Source of the DNA: Eledone cirrhosa
Taxonomy: Eukaryota
DNA: 64,000 bases
Assembly: GCA_964016885.1 (NCBI GenBank)
Contig: OZ024740.1
Location: 41,354,001 to 41,418,000 of the forward strand
Direction: 5' to 3'
Below, in pieces: positions 43,232 through 58,442 of this stretch. Numbering within the stretch: position 1 is the first letter of the stretch; each line of letters begins with the position of its first letter. Both the position numbers and the translations under genes were made by a program. The notes beneath the pieces were generated by a model. That model saw only the letters and a program-made list of their open reading frames with translations, was not told where the DNA came from and searched no databases.

Positions 43232-44234
43232 ATAACAATTGTTTCTACTTTAGGCACAAGGCCAGCAATTAAATCAGTGTATTACTGGTACTTTATTTTA
43301 TCGACCCTGTAAGGATGAAAGGTAAAGTTAACCTTGGCGGGATTTGAACTCAGACCGTAAAGGGGCGTAACTCTATGCTGCAAAGCGTCCGACCCTCTTT
43401 TTGCACAAAGCCAGCAATTTAAAGGGATGTGGAGAGTCGATTATATCGACTCCAGTGCATTACTGGTGTATTTGTTTTAGTTCCGTAAGTATGAAAGGAA
43501 AAGCTAACAGTGGCTGGATTTGAACTCAGATCGTAAAGAGCCGTAACTCTATGCTGCAAAGCATGTTGTCCGACGCTCTACCGATACTGCCAATCCACCA
43601 CCCTGTAATAATTGTTTCTACTTTAGGTACAAGGCCAGCAATTATCCCAGTGCATTACTGGTACTTTATTTTATCGACCCCGTAAGGATGAAAGGCAAAG
43701 TTAACCTCGGTGGGATTTGAACTCAGATCATAAAGAGACGTAACTATGCTGGAAAGCATGGCGTCCGACCCTCTACCGATACTGCCAATCCACCACCCTG
43801 TAATAATGGTTTTTGATTTAGGCCCAAGGCCAGCCTTTTTGGGGGAAGGGAAAATCGATTAAATCGACCCCACTACATTACTGGTACTTTATATTATCTA
43901 CCCCGTAAAGAGGAAAGGCAAAGCTAATCTCCACATGATCTGGACTCAAGACGTAAAGGGCTGTAACTATATGCCACAAAGTAATACACTCTACCAATTC
44001 TGCCAATTTATCGCCTTAATAATGGTTTCTTATATAGGCACAAGGCCATCAATTTTGGGGGAGGGGAAAGTTGATTAAATCGACTTCAGTACATTACTGG
44101 TACTTTATTTTACCGACCGCGTAAGGATGAAAGGCAAAGCTAACCTCGGCGGGATTTGAAGTTAGAACATAAAGGGCTATAACTCTATGCTGCAAAGCAT
44201 GGTGTCTGATGCTCTACCGATACTGCCAAACTAC
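43232..44234 (-). mobile_element. Head-to-tail array of about five SINEs
   Basis: Repeated aaggccagcaatt..actggtactt..tgaaaggcaaag..tttgaactcag units at ~190-215-bp spacing. Confidence 0.9.
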
Positions 44235-45915
44235 TTTATTTACGACAAGGGTTAACACCAAGAAAAACATTATGATGGCACAGGACGAAAACATAGAACG
44301 TGTGCGAGTGTGGTGGGGCGTTGTGTGTAAACAAATTTAACAATGTTAAAAAAAGAAAGATAACAATAAAAATTAAAACAAAGGGGTTTCCTCAATAGGG
44401 AGAAGACATTGAAGGGCCATTCGTGGATAAAAACAACATAAAACCCGGTTGCCCTGATCACAAAGGCAAGTACTCTGTCCCAGTTGTCCTCTTCCAATCA
44501 GCAGGCTCACACTCAAAGCGGACCCATTCACTTGGGCCATGCTCACCTCTATCACCCACCTTTAAACAAATTGCTTTAAAGGCAACACTTTCTTCTCCAC
44601 CCTGATTTTCCTCTTCCATTGAAGAAGTTAATCAGGGCTTCGTCAAAGAGGAAAGTGCTCGTCTTCAACCCTGTCAAGTGCATCCACCACACAACCTCTT
44701 TCGCTATAGCCAAAAGACAGATAAAAACAGCATGTCCTTCCTGACTAAAGGAAGGCGGCGGAACAATCTTCACAATAGACTCGGGTGATAGCCGGATTCG
44801 CCATAAAAAAAGGCAGCAGGTGTTCGACAAAAACCTACAAGTCAGCAATGCTTGGACACTGGACGATTGCATGAAGGACGGTTTCATCACCACGTGCGCA
44901 TCTCGGACAGGCCCGGCTGATGGTACTTCCATACCTGTAAAGTTTATCATCAGCCACGGCATTTCCAGTCCCCCACGCAGTGGTAGTTGACAGCAAATGG
45001 ACCACCTGACCATTGGAACGCATCCCTTCCACAAGAAGCGAAAGAGCAAACACTGCAGTGCAGTCAGACGGGGTTTAGGTCAAAGGACGACGGTCAGGTG
45101 GTAGTAGATGACGGACGCCACCTCTGCTCTTCCTCTCGGCCTTTTTCTGGGTAAGATTGGCCACTCTGTTCGGTGCTTCGTCCCAGTTTTTGTCCATCTG
45201 GAGGTCCTGACCGAACGAAACCCCAAGCAATTTAACCGGCCAGTCTGTCTAGCGTCCGACGATGCTGTTGGATGGCATGTCGACCTTTCCTGGTTAATTT
45301 TTTACTCCTGTCAGCGCTTCGTATCTTCGAGTGCCGATCACCTTAATGTTTTTCATGCTCAACACCACTACGGTGACGTCGGCGACATAAGCTGACACAG
45401 ATCTCTCATGCCCTTGTTCGCGCGGGTTTCCTCTCAAAGTCTCCAATTTGTAGTGACTTGAGAGCCAATACATATAACAGTGACGAGAGGGGACGACCTT
45501 GGCGGACCAAATGCTTGATGTTGAACGGTTGAAAGGTGACTGTTCACTCTAACCACAGAGCAGATGTCGCTGTGCATGGCAGTAATCCATCTTCTGAAAA
45601 CGGGCCCAAAGCCGGCTGCTTTGAGGGCCGCCGTCAGGTACTGATGGTCGACCTCTCGAATGTTTTCAATTGATTTAAAATGATCAGTGCCCTACCCGTG
45701 CCAGGTTCGTTTGCCAACCTCTCTGTGATGTATCGCATAAGGTTGTGTATGGATCTCTTCGGAATGGCACAAGTCTGTGCCTCCTTTAGCAGACCACCGG
45801 CGACAAGCGTCAACCTCGTCGCTAGCACTGTGGCCCAAATTTTGAACTATGTGTTATGGGCCTAAAATATTCAATATAACTACCCCCTTGTTCCGGTCTT
45901 TTCTCAATAATAATG
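44231..45915 (-). pseudogene. Older, decayed 5'-truncated Tx1 copy
   Basis: Minus ORFs: AQTCAIPKRSIHNLMRY, CPRCARGDETVLHAIVQC, AKEVVWW, MAQVNGSAL. AATAAA at 44235-44240. Confidence 0.85.
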
Positions 45916-46832
45916 CAAGAAATAGAAACAAAACTTAAGGAAATATTATCTAATAAACAATTTCTATTTTTTTAAAATGTATATAACTAGAGATGATATG
46001 AGACCTGTTTAATGTTTCGAAATCCTTAACATTTCTAATAACCAAAACATACATCTATAAGAGCGGTTCATATTTGTTTTAGCATTTTTGAAGTTAGATC
46101 AACTGACCCCGAAATTGTCTGTATGTCTTTCAAAGTTCAAACATATTACGATAATGAAGTTGTATTACAATTCACAATAAACTGAAGGAATATATACACT
46201 GAGTGTACCTACTCTTGAACATGTTCTTAGTTAGGCCAATATAACATTATTCAGCATCCTATATGGAGGTGACATATACACAGTACCCTAGTGTATTTGT
46301 GAGACACACGTTAAAGAAAACAAGATGTGACATTAATGCAGTTGCACCGTGGCAATGAATTTTGAGTTCGGAATGTATATTGTTGATCTTGGTGGTGGCA
46401 ATAGCTATATTTCGACACAGCTATAGTTGACGTTGGTGCTATTTCAATTTAAAAGTGTGTAATGTTGCATGGGAAATATGAGCGTATAAGATTAAGGAAG
46501 CGTGCAACTATATTGGATGACATATTTAAACTGAAATAATCTGTTTCTATTCTGGACAATCAGCTAATACAAAGAATAAACAGAGTAATGACGTAACACA
46601 CCACCACCACCACCACCACCACCACCACCACCACCACCACCACCACAAACTGAAATTAAAATCAGCTAAACTCAAATACAACGCTCAAACACAACACTCA
46701 CACACACAGATATGCGCGCGCACATACACACATGCTTGTGTTGGCTCCATAAAAATACAGTAAATAAATAAATAGATAAAGAACAAGTAAAACAGAGAAT
46801 TAACTCAACTCACACACATACTTGACATTATC

Positions 46833-47017
46833 GGTGGATTGGCAGTATCGGTAGAGGGTCGGACGCCATGCTTTCCAGCATAGTTACGTCCCTTTACGAT
46901 CTGAGTTCAAATCCCGCCGAGGTTGACTTTGCCTTTCATCCTTACGGGGTCGATAAAATAAAGTACCAGTAATGCACTGGTTAATTGCTGGCCTTGTGCC
47001 AAAAGTAGAAACAATTA
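46833..47017 (+). mobile_element. Full-length tRNA-derived SINE (main family)
   Basis: A box tggcagtatcgg, B box gagttcaaatcc, 3' ggccttgtgccaaaagtagaaacaatt. Other copies near 3200, 30972, 32270, 37080, 49145, 51100, 51540 and 51742. Confidence 0.88.
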
Positions 47018-47039
47018 TATATATATATATATATATATA

Positions 47040-47865
47040 TCAATCATATCTTATTTTGTTTGACCCGCTTAGCTTGCTCGCTTATTTGGCCTAGGTGATT
47101 AATGGCTTCTTAACCATCGTCTCAGTTTTGTATGGTCTTTTAAACTTATGTTTATAGCTCTGGTATCTTCGCATCCATTGAGCGCTTGCCAACACAAATC
47201 GGAAGTTGCGTTTCGCTAATTTCTACTCGCTGAAATGCGATTATCGCTAATATTTGTATTAATCTCCCAAGTCTAGCAATTAACCAGTTAATTCTTTTGA
47301 TTGTTTTAGTTAATTCTATTGACTGATTAATCGCTTAAGTTTATTTTAAAACTACTCGGTCGAGAGCTTAATTCGTTTTGTGCTAATTTTGCAAATTTTT
47401 GCAATGACTACACATACTGAATTCATTTGCCAAAACTAGGGGTTTTCTCCCTAGTTCACATGTGCTTTCAAACACTGTGAGATCCTGGCGCAGAACAAAA
47501 TGCCCGTTGAGAAAGTGATATACTTGTTCGATCATTTTACCAAAAGCTCATTATTTTTTTATAAGCAGACATGCTTATTGATTTAGGTGTCGCAGAAACC
47601 CTATATCGAATTTTACCATCATTCCCGAGGGTCCGGGTAAATATTTCAATCATATCTTATTTTGTTTGACCCGCTTAGCTTGCTCGCTTTTTGGGCTTAG
47701 GTGGTTAATGGCTTCTTAACCATCGTCTCAGTTTTATATGGCCTTTTAAACTTATGTTTATAGCTCTGGTATCTTCGTATCCATTGAACGCTTTCCAACA
47801 CAAATCGGAAGTTGCGTTTCGCTAATTTCTACTAACCGAAATACGATTCTCGCTAAATTTATATT

Positions 47866-47870
<5 letters not shown>
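47040..47870. mobile_element. Unclassified (TA)n-flanked element with ~220-bp terminal direct repeats
   Basis: 47040-47259 and 47646-47870 are similar direct repeats; no ORF. Confidence 0.7.
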
Positions 47871-47918
<48 letters not shown>

Positions 47919-48112
47919 TTATTTAGTTTTGTTGGTTCACCACTGGATAGAACTGGTCATTCAATATAGTCAACCTTGATGTAATATTATGGAGAGCACT
48001 CGACGTAATGCAACTTACCCGTCTTCGTTTGTGTTGTTGGTGGTGCGAGTATGGAGTTAATTATTATAAAATAACAGGAGGCTGGACTGGTGTAATTCCT
48101 TAAAGGTTTATT

Positions 48113-48170
48113 ATACTATGAACATTTCAATGACCGGGTTCAGTATGAATCCGGTGACATCATCAGGTAT
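48113..48170 (-). ncRNA. Type-I hammerhead ribozyme in a pLTR fragment (~47915-48280)
   Basis: atac-CTGATGA-long stem II (accggattca/tgaacccggt)-GAAA-TGTTCA-TA-gtat, then AATAAA. Tail hairpin at 47995-48057. Confidence 0.7.
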
Positions 48171-48685
48171 TCTAAATTTAACAAAGGAATATAATAGACA
48201 CAATCCATGGGGCTGAAAAGGCCGAGAGACGAGAGGGCGGCTAAACATTTAGCAGCTTCCAGTCCGGTTGGCCGCCTTTATAATATATATATATATATAT
48301 AACTTGACATTATATAATTATAGCTTGACAAAATACCAAACTTAAGAAAGAAAATAAATCAGAAATCATGAGAGCATTGATAAGGTCTCAGTAGTGAGAC
48401 GAGAATTTTCTAGCAAACTCATTGAGAAGTTACTTCACATTAAAGAAAGAGAATTCTCAACAAAGTAGTGGATAGCTTGTGTTTTTCATTGGTAAGACTG
48501 ACCGTCCAAAATATAGTAATATCGGATAGAACACCCGGGTTCACATAACAAATCTTATAAAACAAGTGGACAAAGAAGAAGAAGAAAAAGAAGAAAAAAA
48601 AGATGAAGAAGAAGAAAAAGATGAAGAAGAAGAAAAAGATGAAGAAGAAGAAGAAAAAGAAGAAGAAGGTTTATATATATATATA

Positions 48686-48718
<33 letters not shown>

Positions 48719-48920
48719 CCCGGGTTCAATAAGGTGTAACCACAGTAAAAAGGTACTCAATACATAGCAGAGTATAAATATTTAAGTATAGTTTTTTAAA
48801 TCCATCCACCAATGACCTCCACCCATCCAAATCACCACCTTCCACTACCACCAGAAAATGTATAAATACAACCATATCAGATTGACAGTCGAATGAAACA
48901 GTTCTAGTTCTGTAGAAGCA

Positions 48921-48959
<39 letters not shown>

Positions 48960-49144
48960 GTCCGGGATCTCCAGCAGACAACTGATGAAGGGAAACTTCC
49001 CCCCGTTCGTGCCTTCCTCTTATTTATAAATACACCTTATCCAGCAACTACACAGCCCCTGTTTATTCACAATTTTTTTTATTATATATATATATGTAAT
49101 AATTTATTTTGATTTATATTTATGATGTTTCTTCTCCCTTAGTT

Positions 49145-49335
49145 AATTAATTGTTTCTACTTTTGGCACAAGGCCAGCAATTACCCAGTGCATTACTGGT
49201 ACTTTATTTTATCGACCCCATAAGGATGAAAGATAAAGTTAACCTCGGCGGGATTTGAACTCAGAATGGCATGGGCCGTAACTCTATGTGTCAAAGCATG
49301 GCGTCCGACCCTCTACCGATACTGCCAATCCACCA
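49145..49335 (-). mobile_element. SINE with apparent target-site duplication tagttaattaat
   Basis: The 12-mer flanks both ends. Confidence 0.85.
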
Positions 49336-49975
49336 TAGTTAATTAATGAAATTAATTTAGGTTGAGTTGTAATTTTGGAGGCGTTAGGTGAGCTATTCTA
49401 ACTTCCCTCTTAATCTCAGGCTTTTTAATGTCCTATTGACTTTCTATAATATACGTGTGTATTTTTGGATGTAAATTTAGTCGTTTTCTTGAATTTGTTT
49501 CCAAACACAACATTATTTAATTGAATTTTTCTGAAAAAGCGGAAAATATATTTCGCAAGACTAAGCTTACTGAAGTGGATGACGGTCTTAATTTACTAAT
49601 TAACCATTTTAATTATGGTGATACCGCAATATGTAATTAGAATGACGTCTTCCGTTAAATGTATTTTTTGCTTACTGTGTTATGTTTTACTATATATTAT
49701 TATACCTAAATATAATTTTTTTAAAGTTCTAAAAATGTGGTTTTTACCCCTTATATTCATAGACCTATTATGGTGCAATATAATTGAAATAATTTATTTT
49801 AATATATATCTATGATATATATATATATATTTGTCGGAGATTTCTTCATAAGAGCCTTTCTTCTTATAGCTTGGTCTAATTGATTTTTTATATGGTTAAT
49901 TATGCTAATTAGAAGAGGAAATAGTATATATTTTATCTAATAATTCTAAGGACATGATTTATGATATATATATAT

Positions 49976-50616
<641 letters not shown>

Positions 50617-50625
50617 TATATATAT

Positions 50626-50886
50626 GTTAAGTATTTCGGTGGAAAAGGTAAAGGAAAGAAGAGTGCTCTATGTATAGTACAGAGATGTTTAATTATGTAA
50701 TAAACTAATAAACAACACAATATAATTATTCCATTACCCAAGGTTTCACGAAGTCATTTGGATATATCCAAATTAAAGATTTCTATCAGATGAACGGATT
50801 CAGACGCCTCTGTTAGAATCGTCTGACTTCGTGAAACCTTGATTAATGGAATAATTATATTGCGTTGTTTATTATATAATTACATA
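50626..50886. mobile_element. Small fold-back pLTR insert with hammerhead-like core
   Basis: Arms ~50695-50756 / 50824-50886; ttctat-CAGATGA-ACG..CGT-GAAA..atggaa; variant tail hairpin at 50663-50684. Confidence 0.7.
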
Positions 50887-51539
50887 TATATATATATCAT
50901 ATATATATACTCCCAACTACATGGCAGTAGAAAGTCGCGATGTCACTGGTACCATCAACACAACGTAACAGCTGAAAGTTACTATTATTTATAGTGATTT
51001 CCTACTGTTATGGTCATTTGCGTTGGGACACACACACAATTCCTGATTGTTTCTTTGCGGGCATCTTTGTTCACTTCATTTCAACTCCGCGGCTACTTTA
51101 TATAATTGTTTCTACTTTTGGCACAAGGCCAGCAATCATCCAGAGCATTACTGGTACTTTATTTTATCGACCCCGTAAGGATGAAAGGCAAAGTTAACCT
51201 CGGTGGCATTTGAACTCAGATTATAAAGGGGTGTAACTCTGTGCAGCAAAGCATGGTGTCCGACCCTCTACCGATACTGCCAACTCACCGTCATTTATAT
51301 ATGAATCCGTTCATCAGATAGAAATCTTTAATTTGGATATATCCAAATTCACTCTCATTTATATAATGATAGACTATTGTTACTATAATTTTCGTTATGG
51401 CGCAGACATTTCGATTTCTATTATTAATATGTCATTTTATGGCGCTTCTGATCGAAAAATCGCCATATTAGCTGCATACGTATGAATACGCCCAACGCCC
51501 CCCCCCCCCCACTTTACTATCTATTGGTGAAAATTTATA

Positions 51540-51930
51540 AAATAATTGTTTCTGCTTTTGGCACAAGGCCAGTAATTATCACAGTGTATTACTGGTACTT
51601 TATTATATCGACCCCGTAAGGATGAAAGGCAAAGTTAACTTCGGCCGGAGTTGAACTCAGAACATAAAGGGCCGTAACTCTTTGCTGCAAAGCATGGCGT
51701 CCGGTCCTCTACCGATACTGCCAATCCACCGAAAATTTATAAAATAATTGTTTCGACTTTAGGCACAAGGCCAGCAATTACCCAGTGCATTACTGGTACT
51801 TTATTTTATCGACCCCGTAAGGATGAAAGGCAAAGTCAACCTCGGCGGGATTTGAACTCAGATCGTAAAGGGACGTAACTATGCTGGAAAGCATGGCGTC
51901 CGACTCTCTACCGGTACTGCCAATCCAACC
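51540..51930 (-). mobile_element. Two tandem SINEs
   Basis: Main family; gaaaatttataaaataat is duplicated before each copy. Confidence 0.88.
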
Positions 51931-51991
51931 AGAACATACATACATGCATACAAATATACATATATACATACATATACACACACACACACAC

Positions 51992-52111
<120 letters not shown>

Positions 52112-52129
52112 TGTGTGATAGTTTGCTTG

Positions 52130-52480
52130 AAGGAAGCAATGTGGAGTCTGAAACTGAAAAGTATGTTTGTATAGAAAGCCGTGCAATGCAAGTGTGTTAG
52201 ATTGCCATGGTAATAATCAGTAGGAAATTGTGAAAGAAAGCAAAATAAAAGAAAGGACAAGAGATTGAAAGTTACCTTAGCAATTTATTATTCCAAAAAT
52301 CTTTCAGATTTACCATCCATTATCAAGGAGGTCCCCAGGGAAAGCTTCGGAGAACTTTTCATTCTTCTTGGTGGCCGTTTATTTATTGTTTTCGTTTTGA
52401 ATAACAGTGTTAGGTTTAGTTTGCGCATGTACGAAATATCTACAGGTTGTTAATGTTTGAGCGCGTATGCATCAATGTCT
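52130..52480 (-). mobile_element. Solo pLTR of the YVDD-type PLE family (cf. ~28790-29120)
   Basis: Shared ORF text MSFLLF.FLSQFPTDYYH on opposite strands. Confidence 0.8.
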
Positions 52481-52493
52481 GTAAATATGTATA

Positions 52494-52540
<47 letters not shown>

Positions 52541-52650
52541 TCCAGTTCCTCAATGAAAAAACAACCCAACCAGGAACTGGGCATATAAGAGTATTGACAA
52601 AGTTAAACACCTCAACAACATGTGTACTCGTCTCTACCACACTAATTCGG

Positions 52651-52705
52651 ACTGCCTGAAGAGGTCACAACCAAAGATGGGTGTCATCGAAATATATATA
52701 GCAGT
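52651..52705 (+). ncRNA. Type-I hammerhead ribozyme in pLTR fragment ~52538-52850
   Basis: ACTGC-CTGAAGA-GGT..ATC-GAAA-TATATA-TA-GCAGT, then AATAAA. Tail hairpin at 52763-52805. Confidence 0.78.
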
Positions 52706-52847
52706 AATAAACGAAGCCAAATTTTAAACATTTGACTTATTTATTTTATTTTATTTTACATTACTCTGGAGTAACCAAACCAACCTGCGCACTTCGTCGA
52801 GTGCTCCAATCTGCATACTGAGGTGTTGGTATACAAGCAACATATAC

Positions 52848-52892
<45 letters not shown>

Positions 52893-52894
<2 letters not shown>

Positions 52895-55800
52895 AGAGGG
52901 TGTAACTAGGAGTTACTGCAGGTTCACCCGGGTGAGCACTCGATGTTTAGGTTCACTTCTGTGATGATGTGTAGAGCTATACAGAGTGTAAAATATAGAA
53001 AGGATAAAAAGGACGATTGATTATTCCTTCATTGCATTTATTGATAGGTGACGCGCGTTTCGCCACTGATCAGCTCAAGGTTCGATCTATATCGATCCTA
53101 CCCGACTCAATAATCGGCAGCTCGACGGACCCTCTTAAAATGCTATAAGAAAATGAAATACATGCTATGTGGTAAAGTCAGAGTTTCAAGAGTTTGACAA
53201 AATGAGTTGTTTTGATTGGTGGGAAGGATCAAGGCGATGTACTGGCCTGTAGTGTATATGGGGGTGGGTGTAATGGTGAGATGTTGGTGACGGTGGGTGG
53301 ATGAGATGGGCTGTGGTGTGGTGGTGGTGGGTTGGCCTTGGCGTGTAGAGTATGTGGGGGTGGATATGATGATATGGTGGTGGTTAAGGTTATTTAGTGG
53401 GATGGGCTGTGGTATGAGGTTAGTGGATTGTCAGTAGACGGGTTAGCGTGTGGGTGGGGGTGTGGTAGTGGTGCCGTTGTCTATGGTAGCGGCGTTTGTG
53501 GTGGTGTGGTGGATGTATTGGTGGCGTCAGGTCCTTACATAGATACATATTTAGACGCTCTTCGTCTGACAGATACCTTGTATATACGTATACGCACACA
53601 CATATATGTATATATGTGTGTGCGTATACGTATAGTATAAGCACCATCCCATTAGTAGGGCATCATCCCGGTATAAGCCACCGCCCAAGGAGGGGATCTC
53701 GTCCGTTAATATGTTTAGGAGGTATATGCCTACTACATCTGTAACCTGTGCCGAGTCAGTCGATCTCATGGTGATGTCGAGGCTATCTGGTCTATTCTGT
53801 CGTTTCCAAAGTCTACCGTCGAATTCTAGTAAAGTTTTCCTAGCTGTTATTATTATGTCTACTTCTCTTCTAGTGAGGCTTGATCTGTTCTTTGGCGGTG
53901 GCTTATACCGGGATGATGCCCTACTAATGACCCCTGGACTCAATAACAGCCAACTGAATAGAATACACAAACGACTTAGGTACATCTTTAAGACCCAAGG
54001 TTTAGCAGTAGAAATTGAACCTAACAATAGGACAGTTAACTTCTTAGACGTCACCCTAGAATTAGACTCAGGCCTCTACCGTCCATACCACAAACCTAAT
54101 GAAAATCTTAGATACGTCAATAGACACTCCAACCACCCTAAGAGCATAATTAACTCTATAGTTAAAAGTGTCTCCAACAGAGTGTCTACACTGTCGGCCA
54201 ACGAAAACATCTTCAAGCAGCACGCGGAATACTATGACTCCGCACTTATAAATGCTGGTCATACTGAGAAGATTTCTTACATCGACCCTAATAGAACCGC
54301 AACACAGCTAAACATAGCAGGACCCTTAGAAACGAACTTAGAAGAAACCTCCACACATAGGACACACAATAACCTTAGACGCCCCCTAGCCGGCAGCGCA
54401 GACAGCACCACACATAACTGTCTAGGAGATAAAGCCATACTCTCCAGCCCCAATAACAACTCCGACTATCGCACACGTTTGCGTACCAATAGAGACAAGG
54501 AACATAACGCCAATAGATTACCTGGAACCTATTTGAAACACACGCCTGACCAAAACACACACAAACTCACTAAACAACGCATAAACCGAAGTAGACCTGT
54601 CACGTGGTATAACCCCCCCTATTCTATACACGTCGCCACTAACATACCGGGAACCTTTTTCAGGGCCCTCGAACAATCTTTTCCAAACACACACAAATAC
54701 CACAAGCACTTCAATAAACACACCGTAAAATTCTCTTTCTCCACAGCCCCAAACCTAGGCCACACAATAGCACACAATAATAGGGCAAAAATACAAAAAC
54801 ACATGGTTTCCACCCAACAAACCACCACCACAACCCAGAACGAAACCACACACACAACACAACACAACAACACACACACCACACCAACACCGCACGACAC
54901 CAACCGCCAACGTTGCACCGCACCGGTTACTCCCAAATGCAACTGCAAAAAACGAGACGAATGCCCACTAAACGGGGAGTGCCTCGTTAAGACTATTGTT
55001 TACCGGTGCGATGTCACAGCCGGCAATAAGGAGTACTCATATATAGGTGCGACATCCACTACGTTTAAGAAGCGCTGGTATAACCACAAAAGCTCCTTCA
55101 AACATAGATCGAAACGACCCCAAACAAAACTGGCCGATCTGATCTGGGACCTCAAGGACAGGAATATTGAGACCCCGGATCTCGTGGTCAGTAAAAAGAC
55201 GTGTGGCATACATCCCCAGTGACAGAAACCACTGCAGATTGTGCCTAGCTGAGGCGGCGGAAATAATTAAACTTGATTCCGCCATAAACTATAGGTCGGA
55301 CATAATTGTCAATTGCAGACACACTAGGATGCATACCTTTTCTGCACAAACTTTCGCGGGAAGACCACGCACTAACCATGACCCACCATAATAATAACCA
55401 CACCTGCCCCGTATCACCATCGCCCATCTCAACGAACTTTAACTCTAATCTAACTTCACTTTATCTTATTTCATTGCATTGAATTTAACCATATGTAAGC
55501 CCGTATTTTGTATATCATGCCGCATACATAACCCACACCAAAAATAACACTAACCATGACACACCATATTAATAACCACCTATACCCCGTCTCAACATCG
55601 CCCACCTCAATGAACTTATTGTATTGTACTCCATGTTACTATTTCTAAGCCCGCATTTGTATATCATGCCGCACACATCACCATCACCACCACCAAAATT
55701 CACATCAACATACACACCTCATAGTTGCAACATCGTATTAAATCGGTATCCTATGATACGTTATACCTTGCAATCCACAATGACAAGGGACCTTGTAAAT

Positions 55801-57642
55801 ACAATGCCGATCATATCACGCCATCGCCGCCACCACCACACCACACATCGTCATGTGCCTACCATACACGCCTACAACCTCATCCCCCCATGTTCCCTCT
55901 ATCTACCCTAACCTACAACCCCACGCTAAATTCGACCCTGTAACTGTACTGTCGCACGCACACACAACCACCGCCACCACTAAATACATCCAAATACTTC
56001 AACAATCATTATCATTAACATCATCAACACATATCATCCCTCGCTCCCAAATCGAATGTATTATATATCCTCCACTCCCCGTCTGCCTACCATATAACAC
56101 ACCGTAACCTCTGATCATGTAATCATCTTGTCGAACATATCATCCCAACACCACCACCATCACCATGTCCACAACGCATCGCTGTACGTCCATAAACGCT
56201 TTTCCTCCGCGTTCCCTATGTCACCTTTTAACCGGTATTCGATCCGGTATATATATTTTTGTCCCTCACAACTCCACCACCACCACCACCACAAAACACA
56301 ACTCCATACTTCATCAACACCGACAAAACATACCTCCACTCCCTAAACCAACAATAGTGTGTGTGTCTGTGTGTAAGTATTTTTACACATACGGGCGTTT
56401 TAAGTGTGCGTGCGTGTACGCAAATTTCTGTGTATGTGTGTGTATGTGTATGTGAACACATGTGTATGCATGTCTATGTGTGTGCATATGTATATCTGTA
56501 TATATATATGTGTATGTGTATGCATATGTGTATGGGTGTGTATATATGTATGTGTATGTATGTGTGTGTATGTGTACGTCTACATATATGTATTTGGGTA
56601 AATCTGACTGTATGTGTAGGTGAGCTCATATATGTGCATGTATGTGTACATGTGCGTGTATGTGTGTGTTGTCGGTACATGTGTGTGTATATATATGTAT
56701 ATATATACATGTGTGAGTATACGTGTGTGCGAGTGTGTATGTGCATATCTTGCATACATGAGTGTGAGTCCATGTGCCCATACCCATGTGTATGTATGTG
56801 TATGTATATATGTAAAACACCTTCTACATCGCCTCTCACCTTCCCCCCATCTCTGTCGTTCGCCACCCCCACCGATACTCCCCCACTCTCCATATTCGTG
56901 TCCGCATGCGCGCATACACATACATGTGTGTACATATACATATAGCTGTGTGTGAGCGCATGCCGATATGTGTGGGCAAGGATGTGCGTATGTGTTTTAT
57001 GTTGTGTGTGTTTATACAACAATATATGTGCACATATATACATATATGTGTGTGCGTATACGTATATACAAGGTATCTGTCAGACGAAGAGCGTCTAAAT
57101 ATGTATCTATGTAAGGACCTGACGCCACCAATACATCCACCACATCACCACAAACGCCGCTACCATAGACAACAGCACCACTACCACACCCCTCCCCCAC
57201 GCCAACCCGTCTACTGACAACCCACTAACCTCATACCACAGCCCATCCCACTAAATAACCTTAACCACCACCATATCATCACATCCACCCCACATACTCT
57301 ACACGCCAAGGCCAACCCACCACCACCACACCACAGCCCATCTCATCCACCCACCGTCACCAACATCTCACCATTACACCCACCCCCATATACACTACAG
57401 GCCAGTACATCGCCTTGATCCTTACCACCAATCAAAACAACTCATTTTGTCAAACTCTTGAAACTCTGACTTTACCACATAGCATGTATTTCATTTTCTT
57501 ATAGCATTTTAAGAGGGTCCGTCGAGCTGCCGATTATTGAGTCGGGTAGGATCGATATAGATCGAACCTTGAGCTGATCAGTGGCGAAACGCGCGTCACC
57601 TATCAATAAATGCAATGAAGGAATAATCAAGCGTTCTTTTTA

Positions 57643-57649
<7 letters not shown>
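52893..57649 (+). mobile_element. 5'-truncated Naiad-like PLE with ~620-bp inverted pLTRs (52997-53618 / 57031-57649) and left tail
   Basis: RT YRDD, FLDVTL, SNHP, WYNPPYS, CNC-x5-C linker, GIY-YIG (VYR..YIGA..FKKRWYNH), CRLC. Hammerhead-like CTGATCA..GAAACGCGCGTC near 57574-57597. Confidence 0.9.
53891..55391 (+). pseudogene. PLE RT C-terminal part + GIY-YIG endonuclease (frameshift at ~55175)
   Basis: ORF 53711-55222 from GGGLYRDD onward, plus ORF 55167-55391. Confidence 0.88.
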
Positions 57650-58140
<491 letters not shown>

Positions 58141-58442
58141 TATGTAAAAACGCAAATGTTTGCCCTACATGGCTGAATACAATAAATATAACCTGAGATT
58201 TTCGAATATTAATAATAACATTCGATTCGTTTGCAATTATGCAAACAAGCCTCAATTTTATAGCCATGTCAGTATAGTGAACCCTTCATTCTTGCTCTTG
58301 TGTTGGCATGTGAACAGAACTGCAGATAGTGACATGGCTATAAAATTGAGGCTTGTTTACAAACGATTCGAATGTTATTATTAATATTCGAAAAACTCAG
58401 ATTACATTTATATATATATATGTATGTATATATATATATATA

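Noticed and set aside
53711-53890. Novel N-terminal domain on the 503-aa ORF
   Set aside because: It is the antisense of the inverted RT segment (minus strand reads LDITMRSTDSAQVTD..GLYRDD).
54935-55391. Selenocysteine-coding Naiad (UGA at conserved Cys)
   Set aside because: I saw no in-frame TGA at the conserved Cys positions here or at 61595-62410, 58578-58940 and 50285-50480, and recognised no SECIS.
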